A stretch of 54,042 bases of DNA, from contig JAAEUB010000174.1 of assembly GCA_024227755.1 (NCBI GenBank), forward strand, positions 1 to 54,042. Reading direction: 5' to 3'. The notes below the pieces were generated by a model. The model saw only the letters and a program-made list of their open reading frames with translations, was not told the DNA's origin and did no database searches. Source of the DNA: Paracoccaceae bacterium (GTDB lineage Bacteria; Pseudomonadota; Alphaproteobacteria; Rhodobacterales; Rhodobacteraceae). Each line of letters begins with the position of its first letter. Positions within the stretch are counted from its first letter, which is position 1. A program made the translations under genes and the position numbers. Positions 10,636-19,856 of this stretch are shown here, one piece after another.

Positions 10636-11466
10636 CTATCTTTGGCATTGCGGGCAATAGAAAGTTGAGCGTCCGCTTTGGGTGATTCGGGTAATTTTGC
10701 CGCCACATCCGTCACTTAGGCACGGCTCGCCCTCGCGGCCATATACCCGGAAAGCGTGTTGAAAATAGCCCAGTTCGCCGTCTGCCTGTCGGTAGTCCTT
10801 CAAAGACGAGCCACCGTTGGCAATGGCCTCGGACAGAACGTCGCGGATAATGGGCACCAGCGCGGCCGCCCGTTTTGCAGAGATTTGCCCGGCTTTGCGT
10901 TTGGGGTTCATACCAGCGCGCAAAAGCACCTCGCAAACATATATATTGCCCAGACCAGCGACAGTTTTCTGATCCAGCAAGGCGGATTTTATCGGAGTAC
11001 TTCGCCCCTTCAGGGCGCGTATCAGGACGGCATCGTTGAACTGGTTACCCAACGGCTCAGGTCCTATGTTAACAAGCAGGGGATGTGCCTGGAGGCAATT
11101 GGTTGCAAACATGTCCATCAGACCAAAGCGGCGTGGATCGTTAAAGGTCACACGCGCGCCGCTTTCCATATCGAGCACAACGTGGTCATGTTTTTTCAGG
11201 TCGGGGTGATCGCCCGTCGAGATTGTCATGCGCCCGGACATGCCAAGATGGATGATCAGGGTTTCGCCGGTCGAAAGATCCGCAAGGATATATTTTGAGC
11301 GCCTGCGCAGGGCATCAACCCGCGCCCCGGTCAGCCGGTCGGCCATGCGTTCGGGGAATGCCGTGCGCAACCCTTCGCGACGAATATCAGCGCGGGCAAT
11401 CACCCGCCCCTCCATCACCGGCAGCAAACCGCGGCGTACAGTCTCAACCTCGGGTAATTCTGGCAT
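10636..11466 (-). CDS. mutM: Formamidopyrimidine-DNA glycosylase (Fpg/MutM)
   Basis: The N-terminus [14 protein letters not shown] has the catalytic Pro2. H2TH region present. C-terminal zinc finger CxxC...YCPQCQ. Start trimmed to ATG 11466. Confidence 0.94.
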   Translation of the reverse strand: MPELPEVETVRRGLLPVMEGRVIARADIRREGLRTAFPERMADRLTGARVDALRRRSKYILADLSTGETLIIHLGMSGRMTISTGDHPDLKKHDHVVLDMESGARVTFNDPRRFGLMDMFATNCLQAHPLLVNIGPEPLGNQFNDAVLIRALKGRSTPIKSALLDQKTVAGLGNIYVCEVLLRAGMNPKRKAGQISAKRAAALVPIIRDVLSEAIANGGSSLKDYRQADGELGYFQHAFRVYGREGEPCLSDGCGGKITRITQSGRSTFYCPQCQR

Positions 11467-11540
11467 GTGTGACGCTCTTTCATTGTACACCCCTCGCGCG
11501 CATTATATGTGAGGGGCAGTTAACTTCTGATCGGCAAGAC

Positions 11541-12296
11541 ATGATGACCATTCCTGACAAAAAAACCACCCATTTCGGTTTCAAGACCGTGGCCGAGGAT
11601 GACAAGGCCGGGATGGTGCATGGGGTGTTTTCAAACGTCGCCTCGAAATACGACGTGATGAACGATGCCATGTCGATGGGCGTGCACCGTTTGTGGAAAG
11701 ACGCGATGATGGACTGGCTGGCGCCGCGTTCAGGTCAGCGTCTTCTGGATGTCGCAGGCGGCACCGGCGATATCGCCTTTCGCTTTCTGAAACGTGCGCC
11801 GGGATCGGACGCGGTTGTGTTGGACATGACCGAAGACATGTTGATCAACGGGCGCGCACGAGCCGACGCTGAAAGTCAGGCCGAGCGACTGAACTGGGTC
11901 GTCGGCGACGCCATGGCGCTGCCGTTTGAGGATAATTCCTTTGATGTCTATACGATCAGTTTTGGCATCCGAAACGTCACCCGCATCCCCGACGCCCTGT
12001 CCGAAGCATACCGGGTACTGCGCCCCGGCGGGCGACTGATGGTTTTGGAATTCAGCCAACTGCCACATGCCGGAATGCAGAAGCTTTACGACCTCTATTC
12101 CTTCAACGTGATCCCGAAAATGGGCAAGCTGATCGCGAATGACGCCGATAGTTATCAGTATCTGGTCGAATCAATACGCAAGTTCCCGGATCAGGAGACA
12201 TTTGCCGCAATGATCCGCAAAGCTGGTTTTGAGAATGTGAAATACCGCAACCTGAGCTTGGGCATTGCCGCGCTTCATTCAGGCTGGAAGGTCTAA
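11541..12296 (+). CDS. ubiE: Ubiquinone/menaquinone biosynthesis C-methyltransferase UbiE
   Basis: [44 protein letters not shown] and SAM motif [12 protein letters not shown]. Start at ATGATG 11541. Confidence 0.93.
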   Translation: MMTIPDKKTTHFGFKTVAEDDKAGMVHGVFSNVASKYDVMNDAMSMGVHRLWKDAMMDWLAPRSGQRLLDVAGGTGDIAFRFLKRAPGSDAVVLDMTEDMLINGRARADAESQAERLNWVVGDAMALPFEDNSFDVYTISFGIRNVTRIPDALSEAYRVLRPGGRLMVLEFSQLPHAGMQKLYDLYSFNVIPKMGKLIANDADSYQYLVESIRKFPDQETFAAMIRKAGFENVKYRNLSLGIAALHSGWKV

Positions 12297-12297
12297 T

Positions 12298-13827
12298 ATG
12301 CGCGGTCCACACAATATTTGGCGCCTGATCCAGACCGGGGCAACCTTTCAGCGCACTGGTGCGATGGGCGTGGTTCTTGACGCGATGGACGCGCCACCCT
12401 TCCTGCGCTTTGCTGCTCGGGTGGTTGGTTGGCCATTGGCGTTTGTCGGGCTACGCGGGGATCAGGATCTGCCGCCGGTCACGCGGGCACTGAAAGCGCT
12501 GGGACCAGCCTACATCAAGTTCGGCCAAACCTTATCAACCCGGCCGGACGTGGTTGGGGTCGAACTGGCCGATCAACTGACTTATCTTCAGGATAAATTA
12601 CCGCCATTCCCAGCGGAAATTGCCCGCCAGACCATAGAGGATGAGTTGGGCATATCTGTCGACGAAGTGTTCTCTGAGTTCTCCGAACCGGTCGCTGCCG
12701 CCTCGATCGCGCAGGTGCACCATGCGCGCATCGCGGCCACGGGCCAGGAAGTTGCGGTCAAGGTACTCAGGCCAAGGATTGAACGCGCCTTTCGCCGCGA
12801 CATCGACGCCTTTCACTTTTCCGCACGCGTGATCGAAACCCTTTTACCCTCAACCCGCCGCCTTAAACCGACCGAGGTTATCACGCATTTCGAAAGCGTG
12901 GTGATGGGTGAACTGGACTTGCGGCTGGAAAGCGCTTCAGCATCGGAATTTCATGCCAATACGGTGGGCGACAGGGGCTTTGTCGTGCCCGAGGTTGACT
13001 GGGGCCTGACCGGGCGTAGGGTGATGACGTTGGGCTGGGGGGAAGGCATCCCCGCGAACGAACTGGAGGCGATCAGGGCGGCCGGGCTGGATATGGTCGA
13101 TCTGGGCGAACGGGTGCTGCAATTGTTCCTCAGTCACGCATTGCGCGACGGGTTGTTTCACGCCGATATGCATCAGGGTAACCTGAAGTTTGCCGCAAAC
13201 GGTGATATCATCGCGCTGGATTTCGGCATCATGGGCCGGTTGGATGAGTATACAAGACGGGTTTATGCCGAGATCCTTTATGGGTTTATCAAACGCGATT
13301 ACCGCCGGGTTGCCGAGGTGCATTTTGAGGCCGGCTATGTTCCCGCTGACCGTGATGTCGATGATTTCGCCCGTGCGCTTCGCGCGGTCGGTGAACCGAT
13401 TTTCGGGATGGACGCGACCCAAATCTCGATGGGACGGTTGTTGAATTATCTGTTTGAAGTGACTGAGCGCTTTGGCATGGAAACACGGACCGAGCTGATC
13501 TTGTTGCAACGCACCATGGTGGTAGTGGAAGGCGTGGCGCGCTCGCTTAGTCCCAATATCAATATCTGGCAGGTCGCCAAACCGGTGGTCGAGGATTACG
13601 TGGTTTCGTCGTTGGGGCCGCGTGCGATGCTGGCAGATCTGGTGAAAACTGCCCGGGTACTGGCCCGCTTTGGCCCGCGCCTGCCAGAGCTGGCCGAAGC
13701 GGCCCTGATCCGCCAATCGACCCCGGCAGCAAAACCGGAAAGGGCGCATCCGGCGCGGGCAGTAGCCTATGTTGCATTCGGCGCGATACTAACGCTGGCT
13801 GCCGTTTGGCTTGCATCCGGGCTGTAG
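12298..13827 (+). CDS. ubiB: UbiB (ABC1/ADCK atypical kinase family) ubiquinone biosynthesis protein
   Basis: LGPAYIKFGQTLSTRPDVVG, AAASIAQVHHA, FHADMHQGNL, plus a C-terminal TM segment. The ATG 12298 lies immediately after the ubiE stop. Confidence 0.92.
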   Translation: MRGPHNIWRLIQTGATFQRTGAMGVVLDAMDAPPFLRFAARVVGWPLAFVGLRGDQDLPPVTRALKALGPAYIKFGQTLSTRPDVVGVELADQLTYLQDKLPPFPAEIARQTIEDELGISVDEVFSEFSEPVAAASIAQVHHARIAATGQEVAVKVLRPRIERAFRRDIDAFHFSARVIETLLPSTRRLKPTEVITHFESVVMGELDLRLESASASEFHANTVGDRGFVVPEVDWGLTGRRVMTLGWGEGIPANELEAIRAAGLDMVDLGERVLQLFLSHALRDGLFHADMHQGNLKFAANGDIIALDFGIMGRLDEYTRRVYAEILYGFIKRDYRRVAEVHFEAGYVPADRDVDDFARALRAVGEPIFGMDATQISMGRLLNYLFEVTERFGMETRTELILLQRTMVVVEGVARSLSPNINIWQVAKPVVEDYVVSSLGPRAMLADLVKTARVLARFGPRLPELAEAALIRQSTPAAKPERAHPARAVAYVAFGAILTLAAVWLASGL

Positions 13828-13852
13828 GTCAGGCCGGGGTGTTTCCTCAAGA

Positions 13853-14518
13853 CTAGCTTGCTTCGCGCAACGCGTTCACCGCAGAGGCAGGCACCTCAAC
13901 TCCTCCTTCAAGGATCAAGATGGTCTGGCCGCCCTCATTGCGCGCCTCGGAGATTCGCGAATAAACATCGACCTGGGTGGTCGCGATCAGATCGTCATGG
14001 GCGTAGCTTTCAAGCTCAAACGAGTAGAGCCCCTCGGTCCGTGGGTTGCCATCTTCGTCAACCCCGGCCCAGATTACCGGTCCGGTTGAGGCTTCTATTT
14101 CGATACGCTCAACCTCATTTCCACTGGCGTCCCTGACAACCAGAACCGCCTCCTGCGCGATGGCCGCGGGGTTGGGTGATAATGTAATTGGGGCACCGTC
14201 GAAATAGGCCGGGGCGGCAGCACGCGCCTCCATTCCGACCCATCCGGCCAGTTGCGCCATACCCATCAGGCCCATTTGTTCTGAGAGATTACTGAGAAGG
14301 TCATTGGTCAGCACCTGTTGCTCGACCGACGAAAACGTCGCCAGTTGTACGGCGTAGTCGGACGATTCAATAGGGTTGAGCGGATCCTGGTTTTCCATCT
14401 GTGTGGTCAGCATCAAAAGAAATGTCTCAAAATCCGAGCTGATTACCGAAGAAGAGGTGACACCCTGTTCCAGCGCCGAGGCAGGGGTGACACTTTGGTT
14501 TACCTGTCCTATTTGCAT
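13853..14518 (-). CDS. flgD: Flagellar hook assembly/capping protein FlgD
   Basis: FETFLLMLTTQMENQDPLNPIESSDYAVQLATFSSVEQ is the FlgD N-terminal signature. AGGAG Shine-Dalgarno. Confidence 0.9.
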   Translation of the reverse strand: MQIGQVNQSVTPASALEQGVTSSSVISSDFETFLLMLTTQMENQDPLNPIESSDYAVQLATFSSVEQQVLTNDLLSNLSEQMGLMGMAQLAGWVGMEARAAAPAYFDGAPITLSPNPAAIAQEAVLVVRDASGNEVERIEIEASTGPVIWAGVDEDGNPRTEGLYSFELESYAHDDLIATTQVDVYSRISEARNEGGQTILILEGGVEVPASAVNALREAS

Positions 14519-14530
14519 AATAGTCTCCTG

Positions 14531-16735
14531 TTACAAGCGAAGGTCGACCCCTGCCGAAGTGTCGGCAGAGAGGGGTGCGGTATGGAGTGCTTCTGTCGCT
14601 GTGTTGATGTCAGGACTGTCCTCAACTTCAGCCGAGGTGCCCCCGCCGGGAAATTGACCGAAACCCTGTGCGTCAGTGTTCCCGTCGCCCTGACCAAATC
14701 CAAAACTGACATCGCGGTAGCCAATATCGCGCAATTCCTGTGCCAGGCTTTCAATATGGCGGCGTAAAAGGTCAAGCGTTTCGGGGCGCTCAGCATGTAC
14801 CAATACCGAAAGTGCACCGCTTTCAATGACGAAAGCCAGGCGAATACGCCCAAGCTCTTCTGGATTAAGCGCAAGGTCCACTGGCCGGTCAGGCAAGGGT
14901 CTGGCAATCTCGGCTATCTGCGCTGCAACATGTCGCGCAAGGGCAGGTTCCTGTCTTATCGCCGGGTTTTCCACATTTGCCGTGTTTAGGGCGGCGGGTG
15001 CTGTGAACAGATCGGGGGCCGGTTCAAGGCCTAAGTCCAAGCTTGGCACGGCTCCTGAAAAAGTGGCGTTGTTAATAATGGCGACAGACAATTGCGGGGT
15101 GGGATTTATCGCGGTCGGATTTGGAACGGTCTGTTGGGCCATCGCGCGCTCTATTGGTAAGGTCGGGTTGGACATAGCCGGGGCCGCGATCCGCGACGGG
15201 CGACCAACATTCCGGCCCGACCCCTCTTTCCCACTGGTCGCTTGTTTGAAATGAACTGCTGGTATTGCTGGCTTTTCCGGACTGGTCAAAGGGAATGAAT
15301 TGGTCGGGGGGTAGGTTCGCAATTCCGGGTCCCCTTTGGGCGTTCTCGACAGGGCCGTTGAAACATCGCCCGCACTCAGTGGCGCGATCATTGATAAATC
15401 AGGGCTAGGCCGGGACAATGCCTTTTGTGTTTCAACGGGCGCAGGCGTTTGAACCCCTGCTTCTAAGCGGGGGACGCCGGGAGTATTACCTTCCCGCCCA
15501 ACAGGTATGTCAGGCACAGGAACTTGTTGCACCCTGCCTTCGCCCGTCCTTCCAATGACGACCGGCACAAGGGCTATTGTTTCGAACTTTTCAGAATGGT
15601 GCACCCTTCGCGCCCAGCCCTCGTGGTGAACTGGCCCCCTTTTTTTGTGGTCAGGTCTTTCATTCAATGCGGTTTCAGCGGGCTTTTGCGCGCGGCTTTC
15701 AGCCACATAGGGTGAGTTTTGAACGCCAGCATTCTGTTTCGCAAACAGGGGCTGATTTGGTAAATCACTCGGCTTTGACGGGGTGATAGCTTCCGTTGCC
15801 GAAGCTGTGCCCACGGACAAAGCCGCAGACGTTTCAGGCCTGTTAACCGGCAGCGCTGCCTTGGCCATGGGTTCTGTGCCTGTCGTAGTTGCGGTTGCAA
15901 GATCGGTCTGATGGCGCGGTGAGTGTACCGCCGTCAACGACCCGGTATTTGCTTTTGGGGTGTCTGAAGTTTCAGTCGTGCCCAGCGCCGCTTCCGATTT
16001 GGCTGTCAAGCGATCAACAAGCGGTTCGTGCGCGATTGAACCTGCGGTTTGCTTGGGTTCTTGCGCTCCAACCGCTGGCTTACTTTGGTCAAAAGCGGCT
16101 GGCAGGAGGGTCCCGGCGGAATGCCAAAGCCCTGTCTCTGAATGGCTTGGAGTTATCGAGACCCGTGTAAGGATTTGCTGCGCATCGTCATGGCTTGAGC
16201 GTGTAACTTCTTTGCCGCGCGCTGTGGGCGCGTCAACTGCCCCGTCTTCAATCCCAGCAACAATTTCGCCCGGATTTTGCCTGTTCTCGACGGTGTGCGC
16301 CAATGGTTCTTTGCCCGCTCCAGATTGAACGGGTTCAGCAGGGGCGTAGGGAGCAAAGGGCGGAGTTTGGGCCGGTTGCATGGAAACGTTCGAAGGCGCA
16401 GGACCCATTGGCAAGGCAGGCATCACGAATTCAAACGGGCCACCTTCAACCCTATTCCCCATCAGGGGAGCGGATTTGGAACCGGCCAGAGGTATTGCCT
16501 GAGGTATTAAAGGCGCAAGGTTCGCATTGAGCCGCGTGGCATCAACATCTTCCGGCACCGGTAATTCAGCCACCGCAGATGGCAGATGCTTTATCATTTC
16601 CGCAAACAGGTCGCTGCCATCATGTTGCGGCATTTGTTCAGACCTGACGCCGTTGTCAGGGTGTGGGTTCGCAAGAAGGAACAAAGCTGTGTTTTGCATA
16701 TCTGGGTCCGGGTGTTCTGCCGCCGTATAAAACAT
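14531..16735 (-). CDS. fliK: Flagellar hook-length control protein FliK (long, Pro/Ala/Thr-rich)
   Basis: C-terminal Flg_hook-type region PVDLALNPEELGRIRLAFVIESGALSVLVHAERPETLDLLRRHIESLAQEL. Sits immediately upstream of flgD. The exact start is uncertain (ATG 16735 or 16699). Confidence 0.8.
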   Translation of the reverse strand: MFYTAAEHPDPDMQNTALFLLANPHPDNGVRSEQMPQHDGSDLFAEMIKHLPSAVAELPVPEDVDATRLNANLAPLIPQAIPLAGSKSAPLMGNRVEGGPFEFVMPALPMGPAPSNVSMQPAQTPPFAPYAPAEPVQSGAGKEPLAHTVENRQNPGEIVAGIEDGAVDAPTARGKEVTRSSHDDAQQILTRVSITPSHSETGLWHSAGTLLPAAFDQSKPAVGAQEPKQTAGSIAHEPLVDRLTAKSEAALGTTETSDTPKANTGSLTAVHSPRHQTDLATATTTGTEPMAKAALPVNRPETSAALSVGTASATEAITPSKPSDLPNQPLFAKQNAGVQNSPYVAESRAQKPAETALNERPDHKKRGPVHHEGWARRVHHSEKFETIALVPVVIGRTGEGRVQQVPVPDIPVGREGNTPGVPRLEAGVQTPAPVETQKALSRPSPDLSMIAPLSAGDVSTALSRTPKGDPELRTYPPTNSFPLTSPEKPAIPAVHFKQATSGKEGSGRNVGRPSRIAAPAMSNPTLPIERAMAQQTVPNPTAINPTPQLSVAIINNATFSGAVPSLDLGLEPAPDLFTAPAALNTANVENPAIRQEPALARHVAAQIAEIARPLPDRPVDLALNPEELGRIRLAFVIESGALSVLVHAERPETLDLLRRHIESLAQELRDIGYRDVSFGFGQGDGNTDAQGFGQFPGGGTSAEVEDSPDINTATEALHTAPLSADTSAGVDLRL

Positions 16736-16816
16736 TCATGACAGACGTTAGTTACCGGTTCTTTACTGTCTTGGGTCATAACAAGGGAAATGTGTTTTCA
16801 ATTGAAAGGAAATGCC

Positions 16817-17104
16817 ATGGACCCGGTATCCTCTGGCCCCGGCCAGGTTCCACAGCTGGCTTCGCAGCGTGACAAGCAACTGATGGAGGCGGCGCGTGAG
16901 CTGGAGGCGAGTTTTTTGGCGGAAATGCTGAAATCTGCAGGCATGGGCAAAACGCGCGGCAGCTTTGGTGGCGGAATTGGTGAGGATCAGTTTAGTTCGC
17001 TATTAGTACGCGAACAGGCGCACGCGATCGTGGCAAGCGGAGGCATCGGCCTGGCCCAATCCCTTTTTGAAGCTTTGAAGGAGCGTGAAAATGGTACTTT
17101 TTAA
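16817..17104 (+). CDS. Rod-binding protein (FlgJ N-terminal-like, no muramidase domain)
   Basis: AARELEASFLAEMLKSAGMGK...DQFSSLLVREQAHAIVASGGIGLAQSLFEAL matches the Rod_binding pattern. Start chosen at ATG 16817 (AAAGGAAA Shine-Dalgarno); the ORF opens at 16790. Confidence 0.75.
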   Translation: MDPVSSGPGQVPQLASQRDKQLMEAARELEASFLAEMLKSAGMGKTRGSFGGGIGEDQFSSLLVREQAHAIVASGGIGLAQSLFEALKERENGTF

Positions 17105-17444
17105 TATACCTTCCGTGGTTGATGCGCTGGATGATCTGCTTGACCGCGAACGTCAGGCAATTCTTACGGGGAACCTGGATGCCCTGTCGCGCCAACTGGT
17201 CGAAAAGACGCGCTTGCTGGAGCGGTTGGCGGGATCGACCGATGATGCTGCACGTATAGAACGGCTGCGGGTCAAGACGGACCGCAATCAAGAGCTTTTG
17301 GGGGCGGTCGCGCGTGGGATTAAGAGCGTTTCGCAACGTTTGGAAGCGATGAAAAACCCGGATACCACGCTGCGTACATATGACGAGGGTGGGGCGCATC
17401 AAAATTTGCGGACCCGAAAATCCAGCATGGAAAAACGCGCCTGA
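17091..17444 (+). CDS. FlgN-like flagellar chaperone (tentative)
   Basis: 117 aa, helical, LDDLLDRERQAILTGNLDALSRQLVEKTRLLERL. Sits in flagellar context. AAGGAG Shine-Dalgarno before ATG 17091. Confidence 0.5.
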   Translation: MVLFNIPSVVDALDDLLDRERQAILTGNLDALSRQLVEKTRLLERLAGSTDDAARIERLRVKTDRNQELLGAVARGIKSVSQRLEAMKNPDTTLRTYDEGGAHQNLRTRKSSMEKRA

Positions 17445-17755
17445 GGTTCATCCGCCACACGACCCAAGCGATGGGCGGGACGTCCAGTCAGGCATATGAA
17501 TGCATTGCTTTTTTACCAACCCACCTGAAACGCGCCATACCGATGCGTGTTTATCTCAAATCCTAATCATCATGCTGAGGTCTGTTTAGAGTTCCTTCAG
17601 ACCTTAGGCGTCAGGGTGCACGTGCATCCTGAGGGGGTGGCGCGGATCGGGCAAACCGGCAAACCGCAGAAGTCAGAATGGCTCCTGAACCCGTCCTGAG
17701 TGGGCGGATATTAGAAAACCAGCGCAAAAGCGCTGATCTACGAAGGAAAAAGTAA

Positions 17756-19273
17756 ATGTCCAGCATTCTGACAAATAACAGTGCCATGGTGGCTCTGCAG
17801 ACCTTGAAATCCATCAATAAAAACCTGGCGGGAACGCAAAACGAGATCTCGACCGGCAAAAGGGTCGGTACAGCGAAAGACAATGCTGCGGTCTGGGCCA
17901 TCTCCAAGGTTATGGAAAGCGATGTGAAGGGCTTCAAGGGTATTTCCGACAGCTTATCGCTGGGGGAAAGCACGGTGGCAGTGGCCCGTAACGCGGCGGA
18001 AACCGTTACCGACCTGCTGACCGATATCAAAGGTAAAATCGTTGCGGCACAGGAAGAAAATGTTGACCGCACGAAAATTCAGACCGACATCGCCGCCCTG
18101 CGCGACCAGATCAGTTCAGTGGTTGGTGCGGCACAGTTTAACGGGTTGAATATGGTCCAGGGCACGGATGACATGAACATCCTGGCCTCGCTCGACCGTG
18201 CTAGCGATGGTTCTGTTACCGCTTCAAATATTACCGTGGCTCGTCAAGACCTTACCACTGATGCGGGCGTATATGGTACCGGAACTTCCCTGAGTGCGAA
18301 CACTACCGCCAGCGATTCGGCCGTGGTTAGCACCGCAAATACCGCCATCGTCACAATCGGCAATACCTGGGCAGCGGGCGATGTGGCTAACATCTCGGTT
18401 GCCGGGATTGATCTAGCCTACACACTTGGGTCAGGCGAGGATGAAGGTGACGCAGGGATCGCGCTTGCGGGCCTGATCAATGGCCTTGGCCTGACCGGTA
18501 TCAGCGCCACCGATGATGGAGCTGGTGCGGTGACAATCAGTTCCACACGTGCTTTTGAAACCTCCAATGTCAACACCGCCGAAACCACTGCAGGTGATGG
18601 TGACGTCCTGATCACCACGCTGAACGGTACCGGATCGTTGTCACTGACCACAGGTGACATTGCCGAGCGCGCTGAAAACGTCGCCTTCTCGACCTCTGCG
18701 GCGGTCAATGACGGGGACGGTTACAAGGTAACGATCGGCTCAAGCTCATATAACTACGTTGCCGGTAAGAACGAGACGATGGAGGATGTGGCTAAAGGCC
18801 TGAAGATCGCAATTGACTCGGCCGATCTTACCGACATCACAACAACGGTTACGCAAGACGCAACCAGTGGGCAATGGTCGTTGAAGGTGGACAATAACGG
18901 CTCTACTCTGGCCTTCGCTGAGGCTGGCAACGCTGGCGGTACGGCTTCGGGCGGATTGCGCGGCCTTGAGGCCATGGACGTGACCACAAATGCCGGTGCT
19001 GATACGGCCCTCGACAACATCGAAACGCTGATTTCCAACTCGATTGATGCCGCGGCGCAGTTCGGTTCTTCGCAAGGCCGGATCCAGATCCAGAACGATT
19101 TCATCTCCAAGCTGAGCGATTCGCTGAAAACCGGGATCGGCGCAATGGTGGATGCGGATATGGAGGCAGCCTCGGCCCGCTTGCAGGCCCTGCAGGTGCA
19201 GCAGCAATTGGGCACACAAGCATTGTCAATTGCCAACCAAGCACCGCAAAACATTCTGTCTCTGTTCCGGTAA
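17756..19273 (+). CDS. Flagellin
   Basis: N-terminus MSSILTNNSAMVALQTLKSINKNLAGTQNEISTGKRV and C-terminus LQVQQQLGTQALSIANQAPQNILSLFR. 505 aa with a long variable central domain. Confidence 0.96.
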   Translation: MSSILTNNSAMVALQTLKSINKNLAGTQNEISTGKRVGTAKDNAAVWAISKVMESDVKGFKGISDSLSLGESTVAVARNAAETVTDLLTDIKGKIVAAQEENVDRTKIQTDIAALRDQISSVVGAAQFNGLNMVQGTDDMNILASLDRASDGSVTASNITVARQDLTTDAGVYGTGTSLSANTTASDSAVVSTANTAIVTIGNTWAAGDVANISVAGIDLAYTLGSGEDEGDAGIALAGLINGLGLTGISATDDGAGAVTISSTRAFETSNVNTAETTAGDGDVLITTLNGTGSLSLTTGDIAERAENVAFSTSAAVNDGDGYKVTIGSSSYNYVAGKNETMEDVAKGLKIAIDSADLTDITTTVTQDATSGQWSLKVDNNGSTLAFAEAGNAGGTASGGLRGLEAMDVTTNAGADTALDNIETLISNSIDAAAQFGSSQGRIQIQNDFISKLSDSLKTGIGAMVDADMEAASARLQALQVQQQLGTQALSIANQAPQNILSLFR

Positions 19274-19284
19274 GGGACTCTTTA

Positions 19285-19316
19285 GTGGGGCGTCAAAACG
19301 GCGCCCCACTTACTTC
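19285..19316 (+). terminator. Hairpin terminator after the flagellin gene
   Basis: gtggggcg-tcaaaacgg-cgccccac stem-loop starting 12 nt after the TAA. The tail is only moderately T-rich (ttacttcc). Confidence 0.55.
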
Positions 19317-19336
19317 CGCCTTCTTTGGCGCTCCCT

Positions 19337-19393
19337 AAAGCGGTTCGCCCTGCATCTGAAACAGGGCATTTGGCGAAACGCTCAGACCCTAAC
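19337..19393 (+). repeat. Conserved flagellar-leader element, copy A (upstream of flaF-flbT)
   Basis: aaagcggttcgccctgcatctgaaacagggcatttggcgaaacgctcagaccctaac. About 42 of 58 positions match copy B by hand alignment. Positions 19340-19381 fold as a long imperfect hairpin. Confidence 0.5.
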
Positions 19394-19478
19394 AATGTTG
19401 TGGGTGCTTCCCGCCCAATTTGAGATTCAAATTGAACGCGAAATACTTTGATCAACACATTTACCGGAAGGAAATGAT

Positions 19479-19856
19479 GTGAACGCTCTGAATATGGCCC
19501 AAACGGCCTACGCCGCGTCGCAAACCCCAATTCGCACCCCGCGCGGCACAGAATACGAGGCATTCGCTCGTATCACCCACCACTTGAAGACCTCTGACAC
19601 CAAAGGCCGCACCGGTTTCACCGCGCTGGCCCAGGCCATCCATCAAAATCGTCAGCTTTGGACCATGCTTGCCGCCGATGTTGCCGATGAGGCGAATGGT
19701 CTGCCGCAGGATCTGCGCGCCAGGATTTTTTATCTGGCCGAATTTACCAACCATCATTCTCACCTGGTTCTGAACCGTGAAGCCGGGATAGAGCCGCTGA
19801 TTGAGATTAACACCGCTATCATGCGCGGCCTTCGTACAAGGGCGGCGGCAGCATGA
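19479..19856 (+). CDS. flaF: Flagellar biosynthesis regulator FlaF
   Basis: AYAASQTPIRTPRGTEYEAFARITHHL...LWTMLAADVADEANGLPQDLRARIFYLAEF. GTG start with GGAAGGA Shine-Dalgarno. ATGA overlap with flbT. Confidence 0.85.
   Translation: MNALNMAQTAYAASQTPIRTPRGTEYEAFARITHHLKTSDTKGRTGFTALAQAIHQNRQLWTMLAADVADEANGLPQDLRARIFYLAEFTNHHSHLVLNREAGIEPLIEINTAIMRGLRTRAAAA

Noticed and set aside
17521-17560. A sigma-28 (FliA) type promoter upstream of flagellin (tgaaa...ccgat).
   Set aside because: The spacing between the TAAA-like and CCGATAA-like halves is about 9 nt rather than about 15, and both halves are poor matches.
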